Assembly (NCBI GenBank): GCA_010093995.1
Contig: ML992503.1
Coordinates: 1,665,234 to 1,688,161 of the forward strand
Length of the DNA stretch: 22,928 nt
Direction of reading: 5' to 3'
Source of the DNA: Elsinoe ampelina
Taxonomy: Eukaryota
Shown here: in pieces, positions 10,996 to 21,528 of the stretch
Layout: the number at the start of each line of letters is the position of its first letter
How positions within the stretch are numbered: position 1 is the stretch's first letter
Position numbers and translations under genes: made by a program
The notes under the pieces: generated by a model
The model's database searches: none
The model's input: only the letters and a program-made list of their open reading frames with translations
Told to the model about the DNA's origin: nothing

Positions 10996-13897
10996 ATGCC
11001 GATTCTAGGCTCCCTCCGGAGGAAGACCGAGGCGAATGTTCAGGCAGCACAAATAAACAACACCAACTACGACACCAGTGAACGGAATGTCAGTGTCGAC
11101 CGCCCTGCCAGTCAGAATGGGCCAAAGAGCGCGCCTCTGAGGGCGAAAGCGTCAAGTCCACAACTTCTACCCACGACTTCTACAGATGCAACCCGGCGAC
11201 CTGGTCTAAATCGAAACTTCTCCAAGAGTTGGTACGGAACCTGGAATAACAAGGCTTCACCTACGGCGGAAGTTGCGCGTGAGAGCATTTCAGTCGCAGG
11301 TGGTCTCACTTCCGAGTCTTCGGATCAGCAAAGAAGCAACTCAGCGCAATACATGCACAACAGCCTCAAACGCCCTCGTAAGAGTGTGCCGCTGGCAGCA
11401 GAAGCCACAAGAGTGAACGCTACAGATCGTCGAACGAGCAGTGACAAGACGCCTCGGACTTCAAGCACATCAGTCATCGAAAAGCCTACGAGCGCCATCC
11501 AGAGTAAACAGTCAGAAGAGATCCCCCGATCAGAGACGCAACCTGCAGAGGTGCCGAAAGACGCTACGGCAGATTCGGCTCCGCAGATGAAGGAACAGCC
11601 TGGTGGAGCCGCGTGGTTCGGCTGGTGGTCTAGACCGGATGGATATGCCAACAGCGAAACCAACAAAGACAAGGATGATGCAAGCAAGGGCAGTCAAAAG
11701 GGCGACGAGCAGGCTACCTCTGCGGCGATTCCAGTGCCGACAACGACACAATCCGAGCCGACTGCCGCTCTCTCGACCTCTGCACCAGTGCCGAATACAG
11801 CGCAAGCATCAGATCAACCTACTCGGGCATGGTTCGGTCTTTGGAGTGCCACCCAGAATCAGAAGGCTCCTTCCACGGGCACCGAAGATGAAGCGGCGAA
11901 GGTGGGAGACACTCCTCAACAGGCCGCGACAGAACAAGCGGAAACATCTCCTGCAAATATCATAGCAACGGCAGAAGCAGCCACGGAGGCTGCGCGTGCC
12001 AGAGCCCACTCAGACGCTCGACCGAAGTCATCTGGATGGGCTTTTTGGTCTAAAGATCAGGCGAGAGACCAGCAAGTAAATTCCGACGGGCCGCAGAAGC
12101 GTCTTGGTGAGATAGCAGTAGCTGACACACCTTCGCAATCCCATCCCGAGGCCGCGCAATTCAATGAGGAGCCGGAGGCAATGGCCAAGCAGAGGCCAAA
12201 GAAGAAGTCGACGAAGCCTGAGCCCGTCCCGAAAGACGACAAGCTCAAGGGCGATAAACCTACTCAGGAAGTGACCGCAGGACCAGAGGGCAAAGGCCCC
12301 AAAGCGGTGAAGCGCACACTGCTCGCTGATCACGCCTTTGCAACCAGTGCAAAGAGTGCATCCACGACGAGTCTGCCACTGCCGGATGTAAGATTAGACG
12401 AGTCGAAGAAGGAGGAAGCTAAAGTGACCCCTGCAACGAAGGCCCTGAAAGCGCAGCAACCACGCCCAAATATCATTGAACCCCGATTCGAGGCGACCTA
12501 CCCTCCAGCCCATGTGCCGACATACTGGGAGACTCTTGGCTACTACATTGCGTATCCTTTCGGCTTGGCTCCAGCGGCACCACCGGGCGCAAGACATGTC
12601 ATGGCTTTGCCCCAAAAACCAAAGATCAAGAACGCGATTGCCATTGGGGTACACGGATACTTCCCTGCTCCTCTCGTGCAGAAGATCATTGGCCAACCCA
12701 CCGGCACGAGTATCAGATTTGCATCGCATGCCGCTGCCGCGATTCGATCATGGGTGGATAAGAATCAGCCAGATACCCCATGTGAGATCGAGCAAGTCGC
12801 ACTCGAGGGCGAAGGATTCATCGCAGATCGGGTCTCCACATTGTGGAAATTGCTTCTCAACTGGTTGTCACATCTCCGTAACGCCGACTTTATTCTTGTT
12901 GCGGCTCACTCGCAAGGTGTTCCAGTCGCCGTCATGCTTGTGGCAAAGCTCATTCAGCTTGGATGTCTCAATCCGAACGCAAAGCTCGGCATTTGTGCGA
13001 TGGCAGGTGTGAATCTTGGGCCATTTGCTGACTACAAGAGTCGATTCTTTGGTGGATCGGCTGCTGAGCTATTCGAATTCTCTCGACCAGACAGCAGAGT
13101 AAGCAGGGAATACTCCAGTGCGATTGACGTTGTCCTCCGTCATGGTGTGAGGATCACGTATGTTGGCAGCTTAGATGACCAGCTTGTCTCACTCGAGGTA
13201 TGTCTCAGCCCCATCCGCATTCAATATGCTCCACTAACGTAGACAGTCCTCCCTCTTCTCGAATCTCACTCACCCATACGTGCAAAGAGCAGTCTTCGTC
13301 GACGGCCGGGTGCATGCCCCCGACTTTATCACACATCTGGTGGCCTTTGCTCTCAAGCTACGCAATCTAGGCATTTCTGACCACAGTCTGATTCGCGAGC
13401 TCTCGCTGCCGCTCGCAGGCAGTATCTACGGCGGCGAGGGGCACAGCCGTGTCTACGACGACGAAGTAGTGTACGCACTCGCTCTGCAATTCGCTCTCGA
13501 AACTACAGACGTCGACCCCAAGACCTTTCCACAGCCTGGAAGCATGCGACCGGACCTTAAGGATCGTCGGAGAAGCAGTGAACAGCGAAGAAGTCAAGGA
13601 GGCATACCTCAGACGACAATGCTAGCGAACAGTATCCGGCGTGGTAGCATGAGCGCCACCGTCCAGCCAGGAATTGCGCCCGTCATCTCCCACTACGAGA
13701 TCCCGGCGAGTGGAACGGCAGCCAATCCATACTTTTTACCGTGGGCGATGCGAGGTATACTCGAAGAGGGGGAAGTGAGAAGCAACATGCAGGGCGAGGT
13801 GAAGGAGTTGATCAAGCTATTCGACGAATGGAAGCCGACGAGCAAGGCGTTAAAAGACGTGAGGTTCAGGTTGGAGGCGGTGAAGAGCAAGCTTTGA
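10996..13897 (+). CDS. Conserved fungal protein like yeast YML020W; long disordered N-terminus plus C-terminal alpha/beta-hydrolase-like domain, 950 aa. Exons 10996-13197, 13247-13897
   Basis: Intron 13198-13246 (GTATGT...ACTAAC...CAG) joins the two ORFs in frame (DDQLVSLE|SSLFSNLTHPYVQRAVFVDG). Motifs AIGVHGYFP, GQPTGTSIRFA, ALEGEG, AAHSQG (nucleophile-elbow-like), GEGHSRVY, NPYFLPWAMRG. Confidence 0.88.
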
Positions 13898-14176
13898 TCG
13901 AGCAGCTCTACGGCTAGGTAATGACGGTTACGACCACACGCATAACACGGACCACGGAACAAGTAGAACTACAGGCATCAGCGGCTGCACATTGGCGGGC
14001 AGGATCTAGCATGGTGTTCAGGCAGTTTCAGCCCCATATTGGTATAGATAGTACATACAGCCACATCAGTAGACGAACTTCATCAATCATGCCCTACTCT
14101 CCCCCAAGCCGTCCCCCCAATCCCACCCTTCACGCCATCAGCCTCTCTCCCCCGTGCAACCCAAGCCTCCAGCCAT

Positions 14177-14611
14177 CTACTGCGTCTCCTTATCATAAAA
14201 TATCTCATGATACCTATGCGTCGCATCAACCACCGCGTCCGCCACGCCAAAATCTACACCCGTCAGCATCACCTCTCTCCCACATCCCCATTCCCGGTGC
14301 GAAGACCCACCTATCCCGCTCCCCATATCCGTCGACACCAACACGCGCACGCTCAAATCCTTGTCCACCTTGCCGATGACTTCAACGGCGTTGTTCATCT
14401 GGAGGTGTGCGTCCTGGTTCTCATTAGCACCAGAGATGATCAAGGGACGAAACGATCGGCACACTCTGTTCAGCAGCAGGTTTATCTTCCCTCCAGCGTC
14501 GATGGTGGCGGTCTCGCCGCGGAGTTCGGTCACTTTGCCGAGGACGCGGACGGTTTGGTGTTTGAATTGTTCGAGGTAAGGGGCCGTGATGCGGGGGGTT
14601 GCTTGGGCCAT
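14177..14611 (-). CDS. ssb3: Replication protein A small subunit (RPA3/Rfa3/Ssb3, OB-fold), 108 aa. Exons 14611-14465, 14413-14311, 14253-14177
   Basis: TPRITAPYLEQF..TVRVLGKV, AVEVIGKVDKDLSVRVL, D.G..IDF, ATHRYHEIF match fungal RPA14. Introns 14464-14414 (GTGTGC...GCTAAT...CAG) and 14310-14254 (GTGGGT...GCTGAC...TAG). Confidence 0.92.
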   Translation of the reverse strand: MAQATPRITAPYLEQFKHQTVRVLGKVTELRGETATIDAGGKINLLLNRVCRSFRPLIISGANENQDAHLQMNNAVEVIGKVDKDLSVRVLVSTDMGSGIGGSSHREWGCGREVMLTGVDFGVADAVVDATHRYHEIFYDKETQ

Positions 14612-14769
14612 TGTTGGGGAAGTTTGATCACAGTTATGGAGATGAAGGTGGTGCGGTCAGATGGTACGGTCGTGATTGAGTATGCAGGTGGGGGAAAGTC
14701 GGTCGGTGGCGGTGATGTGTCGCTGCTAAGGTAGGCAGAAGTTGCAGATGTGCAAGAAAAGGCGGATGG

Positions 14770-14782
14770 ACGCGTCGCGCGT
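14770..14782. promoter_or_regulatory. Tandem MCB (MluI cell-cycle box) elements upstream of RPA3
   Basis: ACGCGT at 14770-14775 directly followed by CGCGCGT (ACGCG on the minus strand), ~160 bp upstream of the RPA3 ATG. MBF control of RPA genes via ACGCGT is established in yeasts. Confidence 0.6.
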
Positions 14783-14899
14783 TGAGTGGTTGCAGGTGGG
14801 GGCGGGGTCGCCACAAGCACTCTCAAATATCAGCAAGTCACTTTGCAGATAAACATATTGGTTTTCGCTATGAGTTAGCCAAAGGTATGTACAGCTATC

Positions 14900-16570
14900 T
14901 TATTCACGTCTTCCTTTTTCTTTGCCTACTAGTGATCGCGCAGTAGGGCAGAGCCATATACTTGGCCAGTCCGTCTCGCTTTCCGCGTGTTGGTCGAGGG
15001 CTTGCTCGATGCCTTTCACGACTGTGCGATTCGACGTGATGGTGGTGTGGCCATTGGACCATCCAAATAGGAAGACAGACTGGTTGATCGACGTTAAGGT
15101 CTCCTTGACTTTTATTGCTACTGGCGGCAATTTGGAGAAGTCGATGTTGCCCTTGTCGACGATCAAGACCGGAATATGGAGACCATCCGGAACATCGAAT
15201 TTGGACAACTTCGCCAGCTCTGCCTGTTTCGATCGGGTGTCCTCCTCGCTGTACTCACGGTTAACGTCGTCGCCCATGAAGAGCGCGGTTCGTGCTTTTT
15301 CATCTGGTGTACCGATGGTGTCGACAATCTCCTTCATGCGCTTCGCCGCTTCAGCCGAGCAGACCAATCTGTGTCCGACGATCGCTGGGTAAAGCTGGTT
15401 GGTGAGCAGTGACTCTTTGTCCTCAATCTCAACTTGTCGCTTGAGTGCTCTGTGAAACCATGGCTCGCTTTCAACGTCGCTGTGTGAGAAATCGGATACC
15501 AGTCCTAGCAAGATAGTGCAGTCGATGTTCAAGGAGGGAGTAAAGTCGGCGAAAGGATTGGTGATCATGTTGTTCACAACGAAGTTCAGAGTTTGAGGCA
15601 TGACCGCCGTCTCGCCGCACTCCACCGATATGCCTTTCGATCTCAATCGCTTGACGATTTTGTCGATCTCAGGTTGCTGGCCTTCGACGATCCGTGGGAG
15701 TACCATCCGTACTCTAGGGTGCTTCGTTCGTATCCGGACCTCCTTTGCCGCTGCAAGCATGGCTTCTCCCATCTTTACCACCGGTATCGAGGCGTCAGGA
15801 TCGTCGGCAGACTTGGCCGAACCATCGCTATCACTGTCGTCATCGTCAGAGCTGTCTCCAGCCCAGCCCTCTCTTGCTTTGTCCATGATCATGCGATGGT
15901 TCGTCACCAAGGACACCTTGATCCATTCCAATCCTTCCTTGCTCACAACATCCACAAGGGCCTTGCCAGGTTTGACCATATGATTCCCTGGTCCTCGTCT
16001 CCGCCCACGTCCACGTCGTCCTCCGCGAGCTGGAGAGTTCCGCTCAACGTATTCGCCGAAGTAGAATCGTTTCTGCATCGCGACCAAGCCACTTGTAGAT
16101 TTTGCACAGTGCCAGATTGTCGCCAAGAATGGCAAGTTGGAGGAGACGATCTTTTGCATCGAGCTGCTGTCCTCGTCGTCCTCGCCATCTCCCTGACCGT
16201 CCCCCTCGCCGGGCTCTCTTGCGTGACCATTTACTTCGTTACCTAGCCCTTTTGCTTCCTCCTCCTTCTGCTGATCGCGTTCCTCCTGCTTCTGCACAAG
16301 GCGTTCCAGGTTCTTCAGCTCTGACTTGACGATGCCGCGATAATTGCTTAGCTCGACGGTGTGCTCTCGTAGTCTCTCTCGCAGTGCTTCGCGGAAAGAC
16401 TCGATCTCGTCCCATAGTATCTGACATCTCGCAAGCAACACCTGAGGTGATCCAGATCCTTGGAGAAAGCTGAAGTCCGGTGCATCGTTCGAGCTCGTTT
16501 CGTGCGAAGACGCTGCTTGGCCGTCCTGGTTGTTGTGTGCGAAGCCATTGCTCCGTATTGGGAGGCTCAT
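14900..16570 (-). CDS. DUF1308 / UPF0415 (C7orf25-like) protein, 556 aa, single exon
   Basis: Long ORF with motifs SSNLPFL, VDVV..G..WIKVS, LNIDCTILLGLVSDFSH, IVDTIG..EK.R, TTITSNR, ARSL, recalled as typical of fungal DUF1308 proteins. Confidence 0.82.
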   Translation of the reverse strand: MSLPIRSNGFAHNNQDGQAASSHETSSNDAPDFSFLQGSGSPQVLLARCQILWDEIESFREALRERLREHTVELSNYRGIVKSELKNLERLVQKQEERDQQKEEEAKGLGNEVNGHAREPGEGDGQGDGEDDEDSSSMQKIVSSNLPFLATIWHCAKSTSGLVAMQKRFYFGEYVERNSPARGGRRGRGRRRGPGNHMVKPGKALVDVVSKEGLEWIKVSLVTNHRMIMDKAREGWAGDSSDDDDSDSDGSAKSADDPDASIPVVKMGEAMLAAAKEVRIRTKHPRVRMVLPRIVEGQQPEIDKIVKRLRSKGISVECGETAVMPQTLNFVVNNMITNPFADFTPSLNIDCTILLGLVSDFSHSDVESEPWFHRALKRQVEIEDKESLLTNQLYPAIVGHRLVCSAEAAKRMKEIVDTIGTPDEKARTALFMGDDVNREYSEEDTRSKQAELAKLSKFDVPDGLHIPVLIVDKGNIDFSKLPPVAIKVKETLTSINQSVFLFGWSNGHTTITSNRTVVKGIEQALDQHAESETDWPSIWLCPTARSLVGKEKGRRE

Positions 16571-16809
16571 ATTATGCGATTGTCTCGTATAGACATGTTA
16601 TGACGCTTCTAAGCCTCTCCACGGTGCTTCTCTGGATATGCAGCAGATCTAATGCTCGTGGTAATAAATTTACGAACCAGAGTCTTTTGAAAGTGAAGTC
16701 GTCCATCTCCCCCACCTCAAAATTCACCGCACCAACCTCCCACCTCCGCACCACCTCTCACCTTCCACCACACCTCTCACCTCATCTATCTCTCGCAACA
16801 CCGCCAAAA

Positions 16810-17380
16810 ATGCCACTCTACACCTCCCCCCAAGACTGGACCCACAACACCACCCTCCTCCTCCGCGCCCGCCCCACGACCGTACGTCTCCCCGCCCCAT
16901 CCCAGCACCCACTGACCCCCCTCCCAGACCCGCATCATAACAAAATACACCCTCCCCCCGCTCCCCTCCTCATCCCGCGTCACCAAATCCCGCGCCAAAG
17001 CCAAACCCCGCTCCAGCCCAGCCAGCACCACCGAAATCAAACCCCCCTCCGAAGCAGCCAAGGACAAGCCTCCCAAAGCCTACCTCGAGCTCCGCGCCTA
17101 CGACCCGGAAAGCGGAGCATGTCTTAAGTACAGAACCGAGAAAGCGGCGGAAGTGGGGAGACTCATCGCGGGACTGGGGAGGATGGGGAGGGTGATGGCT
17201 GCGTTGCCCGAGGTGGAGGAGAGGGAGGATGTGGTGATGGAGGATGCGGCGGAGGAGAAGGAGAAGGTGGAGGAGAAGACGGTGGTGGGGAAGACGGGAG
17301 GGCAGGCGCAGGTGCAGACAGGGGGGCAGACGCAAGGGCAGGGAGGGGGGAAGGGGAAGAAGAAGAAGGGGAAGCGGTAG
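16810..17380 (+). CDS. SRP21: Signal recognition particle Alu-domain subunit SRP9/Srp21, 174 aa. Exons 16810-16881, 16928-17380
   Basis: Not in the ORF track as one gene. Intron 16882-16927 (GTACGT...ACTGAC...CAG) gives MPLYTSPQDW...LLLRARPTT|TRIITKY...AYLELRAYDPESGACLKYRTEKAAEVGRLIAGLGRMG...GGGKGKKKKGKR, the SRP9/21 signature. Confidence 0.92.
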
Positions 17381-17558
17381 GGGGGGGGGAAGAGGGATGG
17401 GGGTGGAGATGGGGATTGGAGGATGGACGAGGTAGAGATGGGTGAAGCTGGGTTGATATTGGTAGCTAGAGTAGACGATACCCGATGAATCATGATTGTC
17501 GTTATGTGCTGTTGCTGGAATGCCCTTCTAGTGCCGACTACAATGCTGGTTGCTTCGC

Positions 17559-20327
17559 CTATGCTACGTAATTGTACATGTTCCCATCCTCTCGCTCCAT
17601 GTAGTCCTTCTCGATCAATCTGTAACAATGTCAGTGTTGCTCCTATAGCAGAGGATTGACCTCATACCTGTCAATGTTCTTCTTGATATCGGCGACAGCA
17701 AGGACACCTCTGCTCCGAGTCGCGGTGATGACTTCGGCCACAAGCTCGGAATGACCAATCGTCTTTCTGCTCTTCATGATCCTAACGATTGCGGCTTGGC
17801 ACTCAAAGTTGCGATCCTCGGCCACACGCTCGTGAGTCTCCTTGTTCTCTTGCTTCGTCTCCTTGAGCTGGACTTGATTGATGCGAACCCTGTATCGAGG
17901 ATGGTTGAAAGAGTGGTTGACGGCAAATGTGTCACCTGCGTTGATATCCTTTCCGACAGGTTGTTTGGTGAGCGGTCGCAATTTAGCACAAGCCAATGAT
18001 TGCAATGTCCTCTTGACCTCCGCTTCCGGCAGCTTGGTGACATCCATGATATGCTCGTACGACAGACGTTCACCCTCTGGTAGGCCGTTGAAGAGCAAGA
18101 GGATGATTGCCTGGAATGATGATACGACAAACTCTTTCGTGCCCTTGGCAAATTTGGCCTTCATCTGACAGTGGGCCAGGGCGTGCTTCCATGAGAGCTT
18201 GCGACCGGAATGCTTGCTCTTATAGTAGCGCTCAAAGTCCTCGATGGCGGTATTGACATCTGCAGGGATCACGACCGGAACATCTGGATATGACGGCCAA
18301 GCAGCAGCGGACAGGACGTTCACACTGAGATCCAGAGCTCCAGACTTCTTCTGCATTTCTTCCAGACGATCCTTGTATCCAGCCATTTCTTCTCGACCAA
18401 GCTCAACATCCTTGAACATCTGCTCGAGATTCTGCGTGAAGCCTGCACCACATTCGGTCTTTAGTCGGGTAAGCATGCTCCGCTCAGCATCTGCACTTGC
18501 AGATCGGCCCATCAATAATCGTTTTGCGAGATCCTTCTTGTAGAATGCCTCGAATACTGCCTTCCCATGAATGAAACGGAACAGATCCAATACCTGGTCA
18601 AGCTGAGCATTGACCTCCGCATCCTCATCCAGGCCGGCATCGTCTTCCTCGTCATCATTGCCGCCATCTCGCTTTGATACAGTGAGCTCGGTGGGAATCG
18701 CCTTTGATCCGCCACGCAAGAGTATGTCGACGTATTTGGCAATCATTTCGCCGATCTTGGAATTGTCTGTTCCCCAGGTTGACTCGCCCTTTTTCGTCTT
18801 GTTCATGAACTTGTCAAAGGCCTCACGCAGTCCGTGACCAAGGTCTTCGTCTCTTTGAAAGGGGCTCTTCCATATGCTGTCCAGGCGACGTTTCAGTGAT
18901 AGTAATCGAACGACCATGTCTTCCGAAGCTTTGTCGTCAAAGATTATCTCGGTTCCTGTCTCCTCCACCCACTTTGCAAATGGCGCTTTCAATATTTTAC
19001 CCTTCTTCCTGCGATTCAGCAATCCGTATAGACGTTCGAGGGAAGGCGTCGAGTTCTTGTCCAGGAGTGTCTTGAGCGGCGGATACTCTGTCAGATACTC
19101 AATTCGAAGGTCGATGGTGTGATCCTCGAGTAAGGTCATTATGTCCCTTCGCGTGCTGGTGTCAAGAGCAAAGAAGTCGCATCGCTCACCCTCCCTCTTC
19201 ATCAAACCTACGGCATCGTCAACGTAGTCTGAGACCTCTCTCTCCTGACTTGTCGTCTCAGCCCATGTAGCAATGTACTTCTGCGAAATGGCGAGTAAAC
19301 GTGGCTCGAATGTACTTGTGTATACTTGCAGCTCATGGAACATGTTGATCGCGTCTCTCAGTGTTGATCTGTCCACTGTCTGTTCCTTGCGATCCCGCGA
19401 AATTAATTCGCATGCGCCATCGACCGTCTTTGCCTTGAGCGCCGGGTCCTGGAAGATGAGGTCTCTGTAGAGGGTGACGCAAACGTCATGGAGGTTGGTC
19501 TTCGAATTGGAAAGAAGATATGCTCGGTCCATGTAGTAGAATATGCACCGGATTATGGTCTGTGGGGTGTCAGCTTACTAGTTGTCGATCAGAAGAAGAG
19601 TCGAGCATACCACTTGGGCACTCCATGTTGACCACGCCGTCAGGACTGCCTGTAGCACTGACACTTCGTCTTGGGAAGATCGACCCTTCAGCGACGGTAG
19701 TACTGTGCCCTTCAGGTGTTTCACACATCTCTCGTTCAATCGCGAATTCACCGACGAGGCCTTGCCCTGCCGACACAAGTTTTCACAACACCGGTATAGA
19801 TCCTCCATGGATAGAGACTTGTGTTGGCCATCCAAGACCTTGTCTAGTGCCAGATCTAGCCTCTTCCAAGTATCCTCAAAGTATTTCTCGGGATTCCAAT
19901 CTGATTGTGGCTTGAGGTTCTTGACGACCAACTTCTTTGCACCTTGGTGCGGGTTTATGCCATTCCTGATACCGTTTGGTCGTCTTAGACCGTTCCTTGA
20001 TGGTGAAGCTGTGAGATCTACCACACCCCCATTTGCCTGCTTGTTCGTGAAAGAGTACATTTGATTCGGTGATCTGGTGGCACTAGACGCAGGTGATTCT
20101 AGGAAACGGGCCTTCTTATGGGGCGTCGATTTGGATGTTCCGTTCAGCGATCCGTTAGCAGGCTTGTTCTTCGCAGTGAAGAGCTCTTGAATAGATTGCT
20201 GCACCGACGAGGTGGTGGAGTAATCAGACCCCGGCGAGTCGTGGATACTGCCCCTCTTTCGTTTCTTGTCGGTCTCGGCTTGCTGAAGATCTCGTCTTTT
20301 GCCGACCGGATCGGACTGAGGTAGCAT
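17559..20327 (-). CDS. cul4: Cullin-4 (CRL4 E3 ligase scaffold), 889 aa. Exons 20327-19611, 19559-17668, 17619-17559
   Basis: Introns 19610-19560 (GTATGC...GCTGAC...CAG) and 17667-17620 (GTATGA...ACTGAC...CAG). Motifs KKLVVKN, MEDLYRCCENLC, IRCIFYYMDRAY, FRFIHGKAVFEAFYKKDLAKRLLMGRSASADAE, neddylation motif AAIVRIMKSRK, terminal RLIEKDYMERE..NMYNYVA. Confidence 0.95.
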
Positions 20328-20538
20328 GAATTTGAGATTCAGTCGGGAGTGTGTAAGGACAGGACTAGGTAAATAGGACGGCCTTCAAGACCGAGGTAGA
20401 TACAAAGTAGGTGACGTTTGTCGGAGCTCTGATTTGCTGCATCGGAGATAGCGGAGATATGCAACTTCACGACCTGTTGACTTGTGTGGGGGAGGAAAAA
20501 GGATTAATTACTGCCTAAACCACCAAAATGAGGTGGAT

Positions 20539-20736
20539 TGTAACTACATAAATACTTAACCTAGTGTACTAAAAGATAGCTAAATTAAAAGAACTCCTTA
20601 ATAGTAACAGATTAAGACAATAACTATCTAATTTAATTATAAATTAGTAGAGTAGTAGATAAGTGTTTAGTTCTACTAGAGGATAAACTAAATTAGAGTC
20701 CTTCTTAGCGCTCTAGCTTATACCTTAGTTAATACA
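20539..20736 (-). repeat. Probable 3' LTR (~195 bp) of the copia element, preceded by a polypurine tract at ~20735-20743
   Basis: On the minus strand, just after the RNase H end: AAAGGGG-TG-TATTAAC (PPT then TG/TGTT-like start). A candidate end ...GTTACA at 20539 coincides with the AT/GC boundary. The second LTR is not in the window, so boundaries are approximate. Confidence 0.55.
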
Positions 20737-21343
20737 CCCCTTTACTAAATAGCTATAAGGCTATTATAGCTAGTTAGTAGACTACTAACTCGAGGGATAG
20801 CTATTATAAGAATGTCTTATACCTTCTAGGTAGTAATAACTTAGTTAATCTATTAGCTAAGGTATCTACTAATAGTGTCTATATTACTAAGATAGAGCTA
20901 GATAGATCTCTAGCTTAATTAATTTCTTGTTTTAGCTAATAATAATAAATATTAATATAGTAAAGAGCTAAAGGCATATATTTAGCTTCTCTATTAGAGT
21001 AGTAATAAGACTAATAGTTTACTAATTGTTACACTAAATGCTAACATGTTTAAGGGGATAGATAGAGGCTATTAGCCTTCTCTACTATATAGCTTACTTA
21101 GTAGTCTCTATAAGAGTAAGTAGCTTAGCCTCTATAGTTAATATTATAACTATTAGTTGCTTTATAGCCTTTTAGTTAATTAATCCTTAAAATATCTTAA
21201 AGAGATAGCCTTAAAAGCTCTTCCTTATTAGGTAGCTACTAAAGCTAGCATCTAATAAAGCTTAAAAGATTAGTAGTAGTATTAAGCTATTAAAGGTAAG
21301 AGCTAAATTCTTAGTTTTATAGAGATATTAGATTACTCTATTT

Positions 21344-21528
21344 NNNNNNNNNNNNNNNNNNNNNNNNNNNNNNNNNNNNNNNNNNNNNNNNNNNNNNNNN
21401 NNNNNNNNNNNNNNNNNNNNNNNNNNNNNNNNNNNNNNNNNNNNNNNNNNNNNNNNNNNNNNNNNNNNNNNNNNNNNNNNNNNNNNNNNNNNNNNNNNNN
21501 NNNNNNNNNNNNNNNNNNNNNNNNNNNN
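21344..21528. other. Assembly gap (185 N) inside the retrotransposon, between RT core and RNase H
   Basis: Run of N characters; the flanks are collinear RT and RNase H segments. Confidence 0.98.

Noticed and set aside
13921..14826. ORFs of 98-175 aa overlapping RPA3
   Set aside because: Low-complexity products of the C/G skew (few stop codons); the spliced RPA3 model explains the region.
16480..17628. ORFs 16480-17127, 17153-17380 and 17098-17628 as separate genes
   Set aside because: Fragments or antisense shadows of the spliced SRP21 gene and the cul4 last exon.
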